In this document: positions 20,274 to 29,450 of the stretch, in pieces
Layout: each line of letters starts with the position of its first letter
How positions within the stretch are numbered: the first letter of the stretch is position 1
From: a virus
Lineage: Duplodnaviria; Caudoviricetes
Length of the DNA stretch: 64,000 nt
Reading direction: 5' to 3' (one strand)
Virus record (IMG/VR): IMGVR_UViG_2933206877_000003
Span: 10,092-74,091 of that record
Translations under genes and position numbers: made by a program
Notes under the pieces: generated by a model
What the model was told of the DNA's origin: nothing
Seen by the model: only the letters and a program-made list of their open reading frames with translations
Database searches by the model: none

Positions 20274-20595
20274 CTCCCGCCGGATCGACGCTGGTCGGCG
20301 AAGAGCCGTACTGGCCCTGCCGGATCTCCGCCAGAAGCGCCTTGAGTGCTGCCGACTGCTGCCGGGATTCCCCCAACAAGGCCGGAATTTCCGCTAGTTG
20401 CGCCGGATCGTCCTTGACATTGCCCGTGACGGCGCGCAGTATGGAGTCGAGCCATTCGAGCCGGTCGGCGATCCGACAAGCCTCCTCCAGCAGCACCAGA
20501 TGCGCCGGAGTCAGAGACCAGATCGCCAGGGAGTCCCGCCACATCCGGCGGCCCCGCTCAGCGAGACCAGCAGGCTCCTCCACCATGATCACCAC
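20221..20595 (-). CDS. Terminase small subunit
   Basis: GRRMW...LEEACRIADRLE motif; directly upstream of terL. Confidence 0.8.
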   Translation of the reverse strand: MVIMVEEPAGLAERGRRMWRDSLAIWSLTPAHLVLLEEACRIADRLEWLDSILRAVTGNVKDDPAQLAEIPALLGESRQQSAALKALLAEIRQGQYGSSPTSVDPAGGAGVSDLTARIARKAQG

Positions 20596-20723
20596 TCCCT
20601 CCAGGGGCCGCTTTGGGCTGCCCCAAAAATCGCGGGGGGAGAGGGAGGGTCAGGTGGGGGCGGGGTCAGCCAGGCTCTGATAAAAAATCCCGATCTTCCC
20701 CCGGAGTCGGGGATTTCCGCAGG

Positions 20724-21050
20724 TCAGAGGCTTGTCGCGTCGACGGTGAAGCTGGGGCGCGGCCGCTGCGCGGCGCGCAGCTGGTTGTTCCTCGCGGTGT
20801 TGCAGCGCCGATGGGCGAGGCGGCAGTTCGTCCGGTCCAGGGGGTCTCCCCCGAGCCAGAGTGGGTGGACGTGGTCGACGGTGCGCGCCCAGGGGTGGGT
20901 GGTGCCGGGTAGGGACTGGTCGACCCATCGGTGGCAGATCCAGCAGTGGGTCTCCTCCGCGAAGACCCGTGTCTGCACCCTCCGCCAGGGCCGGCCGCTT
21001 CGTGCCTGTCGAGTGCGGCGCTCGATCTCCTGCTCGGTGAGCTGTGCCAT
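20724..21050 (-). CDS. HNH endonuclease (packaging-associated)
   Basis: CWIC...VDHVHP...HRRCN; adjacent to terS. Confidence 0.9.
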   Translation of the reverse strand: MAQLTEQEIERRTRQARSGRPWRRVQTRVFAEETHCWICHRWVDQSLPGTTHPWARTVDHVHPLWLGGDPLDRTNCRLAHRRCNTARNNQLRAAQRPRPSFTVDATSL

Positions 21051-21057
21051 GCGGTGG

Positions 21058-21186
21058 TCAGCGGGCAGTGAGGCGGTCGGGGTGCAGTGGGTCCGGGTAG
21101 AGGGCGAGCACACCGTCGGGCAGGCGTACCCAGATGTAGGACTTCCCGAAGAGGACGGTCAGTCGGACGAGCCTGATCTGTTCCAT
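21058..21186 (-). CDS. Small hypothetical protein
   Basis: MEQIRLVRL... with GGGAGG RBS. Confidence 0.4.
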   Translation of the reverse strand: MEQIRLVRLTVLFGKSYIWVRLPDGVLALYPDPLHPDRLTAR

Positions 21187-21301
21187 GCGTCCCTCCCTGG
21201 ATACGACGAAGCCCGGCGCGTAGGCCGGGCTGGAGTGGTGGGAGGGCGGAGAGTCCACGTCTCGGCGGGAGACCTGCGGGACAGCGATGCCAACGTCTCA
21301 C

Positions 21302-21330
21302 AGAATGAGCGCCCGCCGATCTTCTGTCAA
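21302..21330 (-). promoter_or_regulatory. Putative promoter of packaging/structural operon
   Basis: TTGACA-17nt-CATTCT on minus strand. Confidence 0.6.
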
Positions 21331-21341
21331 GCCTTGGCAGG

Positions 21342-21593
21342 TCAGGCCTCTTGACAGGCGGCACGCTGCGGGAGTTGGCGCAGGGCATCGTTGATGTCGG
21401 CGAGGTCCCACAGAGCGAGGGCCTGGCCCCGGCTGGGGTTCGGCCGGGACCCGGCCGGGGCGATGCCGCGACGGCGCGCCCAGCCGCGGAACTGCTTAGG
21501 GTCCATGCCCAGGGAGTACGCGGCTTGGGTGGTGGTGACGAGGGCGCGGCCGTCCCGGCCGACTCGTGAGGTGCTCACGCCCGCCAGTGTCAC
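21342..21593 (-). CDS. Small HTH DNA-binding protein
   Basis: LVTTTQAAYSLGMDPKQFRGWARR. Confidence 0.65.
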   Translation of the reverse strand: MTLAGVSTSRVGRDGRALVTTTQAAYSLGMDPKQFRGWARRRGIAPAGSRPNPSRGQALALWDLADINDALRQLPQRAACQEA

Positions 21594-22606
21594 ACCTCGT
21601 CGAACACGGATACCTCGTCTGCCTCCGGCGCTCCGCCTGCCGGGCCGGGCCAGGTCCGCTCCCCGAACGGTTCCTGTGGGTTCCAGTTCTTCTGGAAGTT
21701 GCGTTCCTGGAGTTCGCGGATCTCGTCGGCACGCGAGGCGCGCAGACCAGACTCGATGACGAAGTGCCGCGCCCAGTCGTAGTCATCCGCGGTCAGCTCC
21801 CGCACCGAATGCAGGTTCACAAAGCGCTGGCTGCCGTCGCCGTAGCCGTACAGCGGCGGGGTCATGATCCGGAAGCGGGCCACGCTGGGGTAGTCGATGC
21901 CGAGCGAGATCACGCGCAGTGCGTCCTGAGCCGCGGTGGCGAAGTTGCTGAGCTTCTTGAGCCGACCGTTGGTCTGGCTACTCGCGCCGTCCACGCGGGG
22001 CTGGTCGCCCTGGTAGACCTTCGAGCCGAACTTGAAGGGCGACGGTCCCATGGTGGGCCGGTCGCCCGCAGAGTAGTGGTCCAGCAGGGCGTCGAAGGCG
22101 AGCACCAGGCCAGCCATCGCCATGGGATAGTCGGCGATGTCGGCGTGCGTCTGAGCCTCACGCAGCAGTCGGACCGTCTCGGGCTGGGTCAGCAGGTCGA
22201 CCATGTCGATGGAGTCGAAGTCGACCCCGAAGACCTTCGGCGTGACCGTTGTGAAGAAGTCCTCCACGGTCCGGTGGGCCTGCTCGATCTGGTGCTCAGA
22301 GGGGAACGTGCCGTTGTGCTTGAGCGCCACGCGAGCGTCGTTGAGACGCTTCATGGAGTCCTTCTTCGGCAGCTCGAACTCCGGCTTGATCAGAGCCCAA
22401 TACTGGATGAACTCGGGCGCCTTGTTCACGTCGATGCCCAGGTGCTGGACGACGGTTCCGAGGTAGTTCTCAACGGCGTCGTGGAAGGACGTGATGGCGC
22501 GCGAGCGCAGCGGCGCAGGCTGGCGGCTCTGCTCGATGCCCTCGCGGTAGAGGAAGCGGACATACGCGAGGCGCTGTACGACGTCCGGATTCAGGGTGGG
22601 TGCCAC
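21590..22606 (-). CDS. Hypothetical protein with HEPN-like N-terminal domain
   Basis: Helical domain with FHDAVE and RVALKH (Rx4H) motif. Confidence 0.55.
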   Translation of the reverse strand: MAPTLNPDVVQRLAYVRFLYREGIEQSRQPAPLRSRAITSFHDAVENYLGTVVQHLGIDVNKAPEFIQYWALIKPEFELPKKDSMKRLNDARVALKHNGTFPSEHQIEQAHRTVEDFFTTVTPKVFGVDFDSIDMVDLLTQPETVRLLREAQTHADIADYPMAMAGLVLAFDALLDHYSAGDRPTMGPSPFKFGSKVYQGDQPRVDGASSQTNGRLKKLSNFATAAQDALRVISLGIDYPSVARFRIMTPPLYGYGDGSQRFVNLHSVRELTADDYDWARHFVIESGLRASRADEIRELQERNFQKNWNPQEPFGERTWPGPAGGAPEADEVSVFDEV

Positions 22607-22935
22607 GTGAACTCCCGATAATTGTGCTGGTGTTGTGATTGTGGGGGTTCGCCCGAGACCGGCGCACCCAGATATCCGGCAGCCCGGTCGGTCCGTACGG
22701 CGCCGCGGCCTCTCGTACGCAGAGGCGGCGTCAGACACGGTTACCGGCGTTTCTGGCCAGGGCGCGCTGTGGTGAGTGCCAGGACACGCCGCCGTTCCGG
22801 AGTTGAACCGGTGCTGGCCAGCTGTGGACGACGGCCCTCGTCTGCCGACGGCGCTCCCGACTGTGTGCGCGGGCCCCGAGGGCCTTCTCCCGGAGGATCG
22901 GCGTGCGCGCCCTGCCGTGTTTTCAGCGTAACTGG

Positions 22936-23112
22936 TCAGCGCGGGCTCTGCGGCACGATGATCCGCGCGTAGGCGTCGGCCAGATCCTTCAGTGCCCCGG
23001 CCTGGTTGCTGGGATTGAGCTTCACCGATTCCTCGGCAGCCTGCGCGATGCGCTTCATCAGTGCCACCCGGGCGTCTTCGACCGCGTCTTCGAACTCGTT
23101 GGTGTTCGACAT
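22936..23112 (-). CDS. Small hypothetical protein
   Basis: GGAGA RBS, helical 58 aa. Confidence 0.55.
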   Translation of the reverse strand: MSNTNEFEDAVEDARVALMKRIAQAAEESVKLNPSNQAGALKDLADAYARIIVPQSPR

Positions 23113-23200
23113 GGTTCTCCGTTGCTGGTAAGTGATGGACATCGTCCGGTCGGGGCCCTGGCTTCGCCGATACGAGCGGCAGAGCCAGGGCCCGGCTGCG

Positions 23201-23353
23201 CTACAGCGCGGCGCTGATGGCGTAGCCGATCAGGCCGACCGCCACTACGGGCAGACCGAGCGCGGCGCCCTGCTGCTTGGCGACCTTGCCCAGGTATGCC
23301 TGGGCGGCCAGAGCGGCGAGCATGGCAACGACCGTCTTCTGCTTCTTCGACAT
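23201..23353 (-). CDS. Small membrane peptide
   Basis: AAGGAGGTG RBS; two hydrophobic segments. Confidence 0.6.
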   Translation of the reverse strand: MSKKQKTVVAMLAALAAQAYLGKVAKQQGAALGLPVVAVGLIGYAISAAL

Positions 23354-23499
23354 GTTCTTCACCTCCTTCCATTGAGAGTTGGGAGGAAGGATCGCACGCG
23401 GCACTGACAATGACCCTGCGATTGGGAGGCGTTGTCCGGCCGCAGGGCCCTGACCTGGCTGCTTGCTAAATCACGCTGGCCGGGTGCACCTTGCACGGC

Positions 23500-23706
23500 A
23501 TGCGCTACTACGTGATGAGCGGCCCGCACCAGGGCGACACGGGCGAGATGACGGACGGGGTGGGTGAGATCCGGCTCCCCCATCCCACGACCGGCGGTGT
23601 CCACTGCCGGTACCAGGTGAACACCTCGGACGCACTGATCGAGCAGGCGGGGTTCGAGCCCGGCGTGCAGCTGCACTACGCCGGCGACGTCCCGCGTCTG
23701 GAGTAA
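23500..23706 (+). CDS. Small hypothetical protein
   Basis: High GC3 ORF on + strand. Confidence 0.5.
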   Translation: MRYYVMSGPHQGDTGEMTDGVGEIRLPHPTTGGVHCRYQVNTSDALIEQAGFEPGVQLHYAGDVPRLE

Positions 23707-23747
23707 CCCGGCGTGCGCCGCGCGGACCCCCGGCTCAGGCTGGTCGC

Positions 23748-23963
23748 ATGGCCGGTGCCCGCGTCATCGTCTACCCGCCGTCCGAGACGGGCGCCCGCAG
23801 GGTGACTGTCGACGGCGTCCTGCTGGGTACCGCCTTCAGCCTGCACGACATGGCCGTCCTCCTGGAGCGCGCCGGCCTGGAGGGGTGGGACGAACTCGAC
23901 GTCGCCGCGCACGCCGGGCTGATCGAATGGCGTGGGGGCGGCCCGGACACGTGGGAGACCTGA
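23748..23963 (+). CDS. Small Streptomyces-type hypothetical protein
   Basis: VYPPS..GARRV.VDG..LG...IEWRGGGPDTW pattern. Confidence 0.7.
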   Translation: MAGARVIVYPPSETGARRVTVDGVLLGTAFSLHDMAVLLERAGLEGWDELDVAAHAGLIEWRGGGPDTWET

Positions 23964-23990
23964 GCGGGCGCAGCGTCGTCGGCCGTCGGT

Positions 23991-24734
23991 TCAGCCGGGC
24001 CAGACCGTGTAGACGGCGCGGACCGCCTTCGCCACGGCGGGGATGCCGGTCCACTTCTCCCGGTAGCTCGCACCTGCGGGCAGGGTGTCCGGCGCGTTGT
24101 CGGACGCACCAGTGCCACCTCCCACGATGCTGCCCTTCGCGTCGTACAGGACGACCTGTTGTGTCACTCCGCCCGAGACCGCTGCGCGCGTGCCGTTGGT
24201 GGCCTTCACCGCCAGGTCGTAGGCGTACGGCGCGCCGGTGTACTGGTCGCCGCTGCTGTCGCGGGTCAGCGTCTGGTCGCTGGTGGCCAGCGCGCCCAGC
24301 TCGCTGATGCCGGCCTGCCCGGCGGTCTTGTTCAGTGTGACCTGGACCTTGGCGGGGACGCCGGTGAGTGCTGCGGAGAGTCCACCGCCGAGGTCCCCGA
24401 AGTAGTCGAAGGTGGCGCCGGCCGGGACCCTTGGCAGGCTGGTCTCGGCGGAGCCGACGATGGTGCCCGACTTGTCGAGGGCTTGGGCGTCGATGACGAC
24501 CGCGGCCGCCGACTTGCTGTCATTCCTGACACGGGCCACGTACCAGACTTCGGGATCGCTGCCGTTCTTCGCCGTGTGATTCCAGGCGAGCCGTACGGAA
24601 GCGGTGCTGGCCGGCGCAGCGGGCTTCCTCGGGATACGCGCGTCCACGGCCGGCCGACCCTCGCTGCTGCCGCATGCGGTGAGCCCGACGGCCGCCAGGA
24701 CAGCGGCGATGGGCAGGCTGACGGCACGTTTCAT
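23991..24734 (-). CDS. Lipoprotein with two FxLYD-like domains
   Basis: Lipobox LTAC; ALDKSGTIVG and VLYDAKGSIVG repeats. Confidence 0.75.
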   Translation of the reverse strand: MKRAVSLPIAAVLAAVGLTACGSSEGRPAVDARIPRKPAAPASTASVRLAWNHTAKNGSDPEVWYVARVRNDSKSAAAVVIDAQALDKSGTIVGSAETSLPRVPAGATFDYFGDLGGGLSAALTGVPAKVQVTLNKTAGQAGISELGALATSDQTLTRDSSGDQYTGAPYAYDLAVKATNGTRAAVSGGVTQQVVLYDAKGSIVGGGTGASDNAPDTLPAGASYREKWTGIPAVAKAVRAVYTVWPG

Positions 24735-24990
24735 GGTCCCCCCAGAGTGTGCGTGCTGGGCGGGATGCTCCCACCAGCTCTACGGGGGGTCAACTGGATC
24801 TAGAAGAGGGGCCGTTCTCCTCGGGGGCAGGTAGCGGCAGCGGCTACGACGCGGGCTCACTGCCCTCAGTCCCCGGTCGTGCGCCTCACGCGCCCAGAGG
24901 CGCTCTGGGCGCGGCGCAGAGCGGGCAGGCCGGCGTGGAGCAGCGCGGCTTCCGAGCACGGGGCTCCAGGTCGCACGGTGACGGGGTTGG

Positions 24991-25254
24991 TCACTCCTCG
25001 ATCGGCCGGCCGCCGACGGCCTGCCCGTCGCGTACGAGCAGGACCAGCGGCCGGGGGACGTCGCTCTCCTCAAGGCCGCCCTCGGGCACGGACGCCCCGC
25101 CGGTGAAGGGGTCCCGGGTGCTCCCTTCGCTGGCGTAGTCCCACACCCACTTGGGGTGGTTCGAGCGGACGCGGAGGTTGCCGGCCGCGTCGAGTACAAC
25201 GTCGCCGGGCTTCCAGGTCCCGTCGAGGCTGGTGATCTTGTGCACGGGTTCCAT
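24991..25254 (-). CDS. Hypothetical protein
   Basis: GGAAGGA RBS; WKPGDVVLDAAG...LVLLVRDG. Confidence 0.6.
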   Translation of the reverse strand: MEPVHKITSLDGTWKPGDVVLDAAGNLRVRSNHPKWVWDYASEGSTRDPFTGGASVPEGGLEESDVPRPLVLLVRDGQAVGGRPIEE

Positions 25255-25291
25255 GGCCGTATCCTTCCTCACTGCACTGACAACGGGGCCG

Positions 25292-25705
25292 TCAGGTGCG
25301 GTCTGTTGTTTCGTCGCTCTTGCGGTAGGCGCGGCGCCCGACGAGTGCCTTGGTGATGGTGGCGCCGTACCAGCGGTGCGCGCGGCTGGATTCGTCGTCC
25401 GGGGCGGGCCAGCGGCCCTTCGAGCGGTCGGCACGGATGGTGGCGGCGGTGATGCCGGTGAGGTTCTCGATCTCGCGCGCGCTGTACAGGCGGCGGGGCT
25501 CCAGCTCGGCGGCCGGGCGGTCGACGTGCGCGGCGACGAACCGGTCCACGGCGGCCGGGTCGAACAGGAGGAATTTGCCGCGCTTCCGGGACAGCGGCTT
25601 GGGCCACTCCGGGTGCCGGGCCCACTGGTTGCGGACGGTCGTCTCGGCCCGGCCATGGCGGGCGGCGATCTCGGCGTACGTCTCGCCGGGCGGGGTGTCT
25701 ACCAT
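25292..25705 (-). CDS. DNA-binding protein with two HTH-like repeats
   Basis: TYAEIAARHGRAETTVR and YSAREIENLTGITAATIR. Confidence 0.7.
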   Translation of the reverse strand: MVDTPPGETYAEIAARHGRAETTVRNQWARHPEWPKPLSRKRGKFLLFDPAAVDRFVAAHVDRPAAELEPRRLYSAREIENLTGITAATIRADRSKGRWPAPDDESSRAHRWYGATITKALVGRRAYRKSDETTDRT

Positions 25706-25811
25706 TGTCGTGTCCGTCCTTCGTGGATGGTTGGTGACCGGCAGGGGTATTGCGCCGGGCGCTGTGCGCCCGTGGGCTTCGGCCCGGCCCCTGCCGGTTG
25801 ACTCTGCTTGC

Positions 25812-25845
25812 GCCAGGGCCCCCGGCTGGCTGCCGGGGGCCCTGG
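25812..25845 (-). terminator. Intrinsic terminator hairpin
   Basis: CCAGGGCCCCCGGC...GCCGGGGGCCCTGG immediately after stop. Confidence 0.75.
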
Positions 25846-25849
25846 TGTG

Positions 25850-26233
25850 TCACTCGTCCGGGTCGTCGCCCAGGAGCGCGTCTTCCACGGCGTGGAGACC
25901 GTCGTGGGCGGTCACGATGTTGAGCCGGATCTCCAGGGCCACGATCCGCTCGGGCTTCTCCATGTACCTGGTGAAGAGGTGGGAGGCGGAGAGCCAGTGG
26001 AGGCCCGCTCCCCAGATCCCGGACTGGATGAGTTCGTGGACCGGTTCGTCGGTGACGACTTCCACGAGTCGGGTGACTGCCTCGTTCATCTCCTCCCCGT
26101 TGAGCGTGTCCCCGGTGAAGTCGGGGAGCTGGACGGGGACCGGGAGGAGCTGGCACACCCGGCGGAGCAGGAGGTAGACGGCGACGATCGTGTTACCCAG
26201 CATCTGGGTCTCCCGCTCGAACTCGTCAGACAT
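25850..26233 (-). CDS. Hypothetical acidic helical protein (moron)
   Basis: GAGAGGA RBS; own promoter and terminator. Confidence 0.75.
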   Translation of the reverse strand: MSDEFERETQMLGNTIVAVYLLLRRVCQLLPVPVQLPDFTGDTLNGEEMNEAVTRLVEVVTDEPVHELIQSGIWGAGLHWLSASHLFTRYMEKPERIVALEIRLNIVTAHDGLHAVEDALLGDDPDE

Positions 26234-26309
26234 GTTGTCCGTCCTCTCTTGAATTGTGGTGGTTGGTGAAGGAGTTCGGAGATTGCGGCCCCTCGTTCCT
26301 TCTGTCTCT

Positions 26310-26339
26310 ATTATGGACCCTTCACGCACTGATTTGCAA
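26310..26339 (-). promoter_or_regulatory. Housekeeping-sigma-type promoter
   Basis: TTGCAA-18nt-CATAAT in an AT-rich gap. Confidence 0.65.
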
Positions 26340-26402
26340 CACATCCAACCGAGAAACTGGCCCCAACCTCCGTACAGATCAGGGCCGTTGTGTTCAGCGT
26401 GG

Positions 26403-26621
26403 TCAGGCGCGCTGCCAGCCGGACAGCCGGCCCTCGTCGCCGACCTCGGCGGTGAGCCTCTGCCCGGCCAGGTCACTGACCGGGATGTCGGTGGCGGCCG
26501 CGATCTCGGCCGCCGGGTACCGCTCCGGCTCGCCGCGGTCTTCCGGCGGAACATCGGCGACGATTTCGGCCTGGTCGCCGAACAGCAGCAGGACTCGGAC
26601 GGTGACACGCTCAGTCGTCAT
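26403..26621 (-). CDS. Hypothetical protein
   Basis: ATGA overlap, RBS. Confidence 0.6.
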   Translation of the reverse strand: MTTERVTVRVLLLFGDQAEIVADVPPEDRGEPERYPAAEIAAATDIPVSDLAGQRLTAEVGDEGRLSGWQRA

Positions 26622-26926
26622 GGGGTCATCCTCTCGTGATGTCCGATAGGCGGCGCGATGACGCAGCGACTGGGCTGACCGCTCAGCCAGCCCGTGCCGG
26701 GCATTGCGCACATGATCTCGGCCGGGTGCCGGTCGACATAGTTGTAGACGCCGGTCAGCCCGTCCATGTGCTCGTTGCAGACCAGGGAGAAGTGGCCAGA
26801 CGGGGCCAGGAGCCAGGCGACGTGCCAGGTGGCGGTGTCGGGGCAGGCCGGGTCCATTGGCCAGGTACGGGCGTGACAACGGAGTTCGCCGTCGTACGGA
26901 CGCGGATCGCGGGGTGGGGTCCTCAT
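26618..26926 (-). CDS. Cys/His-containing hypothetical protein
   Basis: Coupled ORF. Confidence 0.55.
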   Translation of the reverse strand: MRTPPRDPRPYDGELRCHARTWPMDPACPDTATWHVAWLLAPSGHFSLVCNEHMDGLTGVYNYVDRHPAEIMCAMPGTGWLSGQPSRCVIAPPIGHHERMTP

Positions 26927-26933
26927 TCGAACC

Positions 26934-27902
26934 TCACTGCCGGCCGTCGGCCGCAGGCTGCTCCTCGAAGGTGCACAGGTTGTGCCCGGCAGGCTTCTGG
27001 CACTGGAGACCGTATCCGTCGGCCTCGGAGCGCGGGCACTGTTCCGGCGGCCGGTTCGGGTTCATGAAGCACGTGTCGGGGTCGACGCCATCACAGTTGC
27101 TGCACGCGTGCTCGTCTTGCTGCGCTGCGGTGGTGGGCATGAGGAGCGGCCACGGCCCCGGTCCTCGTCCGGTCAGCCGCTGCTCGGGGTGGACCGCCGT
27201 GAAGTGGGCGCGCGCTCCGGAAGGGGTGTGGAGGGTGAGGGGGTAGGGGCAGAGGGGGCAGATCGCCGGGCCGCCCCTAAGGTCAAGAGCGGCCTCGCGC
27301 TCCTCGTCCTGCTGCGCCTCGCCAGCTAGACGACGCAGCAGCGTGGCGTCGGCGTGCATGACGCTGCCGCCGTCCGGCCAGAGCTGATCGGCGGAGCGGG
27401 TGAGGTGGTCGGCCACTCGCAGCAGGAGTGCCGGGTCCACGGCCAGCGGCTCGGCAGTCTGCTGGGCGGGCGCGGGCAGCACGGCGGCGCTGTAGGTGGC
27501 GGGCGGCTCGGTCACGATCTGCACCGGGGTCCCGGCGGCCGTCATCCGGTCGATGTCTGCCTCAGTGAGATCCGTGTCGTCGGGCTCGGGCACGTCTTCC
27601 GGGGTGTGCGCGGAACAGTGATGCTTGCAGCCATAGCAGGGGCAGCGGCACGGGTTCGGGCTGGTTTCGTAGCCGGGGCAGGAAGCGATCGCGTCGTCCC
27701 GGTCGGTGGCGGGCGCCGGGCCGGCAGGAGAGACGGGCGCCACCTCGCTGATGATCTCGGCGACGGTGCGACACACCCGCTCGTGCTGTTCCATGAACGT
27801 CGGCGTGCGCGGGCCGGGAATAGCGACCGCGTCCCACAGGGCGTCGGCGTGCTGCACGGACAGGCCGTGCGTCGGGCTGCCGCTGAGGCTCTCGTTGGTC
27901 AT
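26934..27902 (-). CDS. Mosaic Cys-rich hypothetical protein
   Basis: Several CxxC/Zn-finger-like modules. Confidence 0.65.
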   Translation of the reverse strand: MTNESLSGSPTHGLSVQHADALWDAVAIPGPRTPTFMEQHERVCRTVAEIISEVAPVSPAGPAPATDRDDAIASCPGYETSPNPCRCPCYGCKHHCSAHTPEDVPEPDDTDLTEADIDRMTAAGTPVQIVTEPPATYSAAVLPAPAQQTAEPLAVDPALLLRVADHLTRSADQLWPDGGSVMHADATLLRRLAGEAQQDEEREAALDLRGGPAICPLCPYPLTLHTPSGARAHFTAVHPEQRLTGRGPGPWPLLMPTTAAQQDEHACSNCDGVDPDTCFMNPNRPPEQCPRSEADGYGLQCQKPAGHNLCTFEEQPAADGRQ

Positions 27903-27907
27903 GGTGA

Positions 27908-28690
27908 TCAGCCCCTCGTGAGGGCTGGCATCGGCGGGATGACAGCAGCGAGCCAGGAGTCCGGCCCTGTGGTGAAGTGTGGCGCGCCGGTCGTCTCCCA
28001 CCAGGAGCGCACCGCCGTGGTGCGAACGAGCTGCTCCGTGCGCCTGTCGACGTATTCGACGGGTCGCTCACCGGTGCGACGCACGGTGACGCGACCACGT
28101 TTGCAGCCGTCCGGGTAGTCGTTCCAGTTCACCTTGGCCTCGGACCAGAGCAGCTCCTGCATGCCGTTGGTGTCCACGCCGAACAGCCGCCGGTGGGAGA
28201 AGCTCGCCTGGGCGGCCATGGCGATGGAGTTGCGGACCGCGTCGCGCTGCCGCCACACGAAGTAGTTCGCCACCTCGACGGGGTCGGACAGCGTGAACAC
28301 GCGGGCGTCGAACAGGGCTGGGCGGTGCGCGGGCCGGCGACCGTTGAAGGCCGCGGTCGCGGCAGAGGCGGCGATGCTGATCACCTTGGCGACCACTCCC
28401 CCGAACCACGGCTCCGTCTGCTCGGTGGCGAAGTCGCAGGCGAGGATGCTGATCTCGTCGGACTGGGTGTAGGCGAACACGGCGCCGGAGATCTCCTTGC
28501 AGAGCGCCTCTGCGGTCGCGTCCATGTCCTCCATGAACTGGAGGTCGAACGGCTTGACGGCGCCTCGCAGGTAGGTGTGGAACGCTCGGCCGTCGACCCG
28601 GATGACGGTGTACGTGCGGCGCGGCAAGACGGCCTGGTAGGCGGCCTCGTGCCGCTTCATGCGGTCGCCGAGGGCGGTGCGGTCGGTCAT
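27908..28690 (-). CDS. tRNA(His) guanylyltransferase Thg1-like protein (3'-5' polymerase)
   Basis: RVDGRAFH, YTQSDEISI, FDARVF, YFVWRQRDAVRNS. Confidence 0.92.
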   Translation of the reverse strand: MTDRTALGDRMKRHEAAYQAVLPRRTYTVIRVDGRAFHTYLRGAVKPFDLQFMEDMDATAEALCKEISGAVFAYTQSDEISILACDFATEQTEPWFGGVVAKVISIAASAATAAFNGRRPAHRPALFDARVFTLSDPVEVANYFVWRQRDAVRNSIAMAAQASFSHRRLFGVDTNGMQELLWSEAKVNWNDYPDGCKRGRVTVRRTGERPVEYVDRRTEQLVRTTAVRSWWETTGAPHFTTGPDSWLAAVIPPMPALTRG

Positions 28691-29004
28691 CGTTGTCCCT
28701 TTGACGGCGGGTTGACGAGCTGGAGTGTGGCTGCGCCCGCACGGACCATCCGGAGCGCCAGGGAGCGCAGGGCGCCGAGCGGGTGGCGTGCGAACCCGGC
28801 ACAGATAGCGGGCGCCGGAGTGTCGAGGGTGGCGTGGCAGACGACGTGTCCTTCGGCGGCGATGGCGGCCTGGGTCATCTCCTGGACGCGGCCGGCCGCC
28901 AGGTGCGCCAGGTTGCCGGGCCGGTAGATGCAGGTGTCGCACAGGGTGGCGCACTGGCGCACGGTGCCGGTGTCCGGATCGGCGACGGGCGCGTCCCGGC
29001 TCAC
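28687..29004 (-). CDS. Cys-rich hypothetical protein
   Basis: CxxxCxxC...CH...CAG. Confidence 0.6.
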   Translation of the reverse strand: MSRDAPVADPDTGTVRQCATLCDTCIYRPGNLAHLAAGRVQEMTQAAIAAEGHVVCHATLDTPAPAICAGFARHPLGALRSLALRMVRAGAATLQLVNPPSKGQR

Positions 29005-29450
29005 CGGTCGCCGTCCCAGCCGGGCACGACGGTGACGGGGATGCCCTCCTCTTCCCAGAGCCGGATCACGTTGGGGTTGTCATCCCAGGCGGCGACCGGC
29101 CGGTACAGCTGGCGGATGCGGGCGAGGATGCCGCGCTTGACGACGTAGTCGGGCCTGAAGTCGCCCGGGCCGCGCATCCACATCGCCTCCGACGGCACCT
29201 GGTGCAAGGCGAGCCACCATGCGGTGACGTGCCGCCACTTCGCTGCTCGGCCGGTCACGATCAGGACCGCGCGGCCGGCGGCGTGCTCCCGGCGTGCGGC
29301 GGCGACGACGTGGTCGTGGGGCGGGCAGTCGATGGAGGCGGCGTGGAAGGTGTCGAAGCGGCCCGGACCGTCCAACAGGTGACGGATGCCGCGGACGTCG
29401 CACAGGGTGCCGTCCATGTCGAAGATGACGGCCTCGGGCAGCTCAGGCAC
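29001..29450 (-). CDS. HAD phosphatase, T4 PNK phosphatase-domain-like
   Basis: IFDMDGTL, VTGR, MR..DFRPDYVVK, WDDNP. Confidence 0.85.
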   Translation of the reverse strand: MPELPEAVIFDMDGTLCDVRGIRHLLDGPGRFDTFHAASIDCPPHDHVVAAARREHAAGRAVLIVTGRAAKWRHVTAWWLALHQVPSEAMWMRGPGDFRPDYVVKRGILARIRQLYRPVAAWDDNPNVIRLWEEEGIPVTVVPGWDGDR

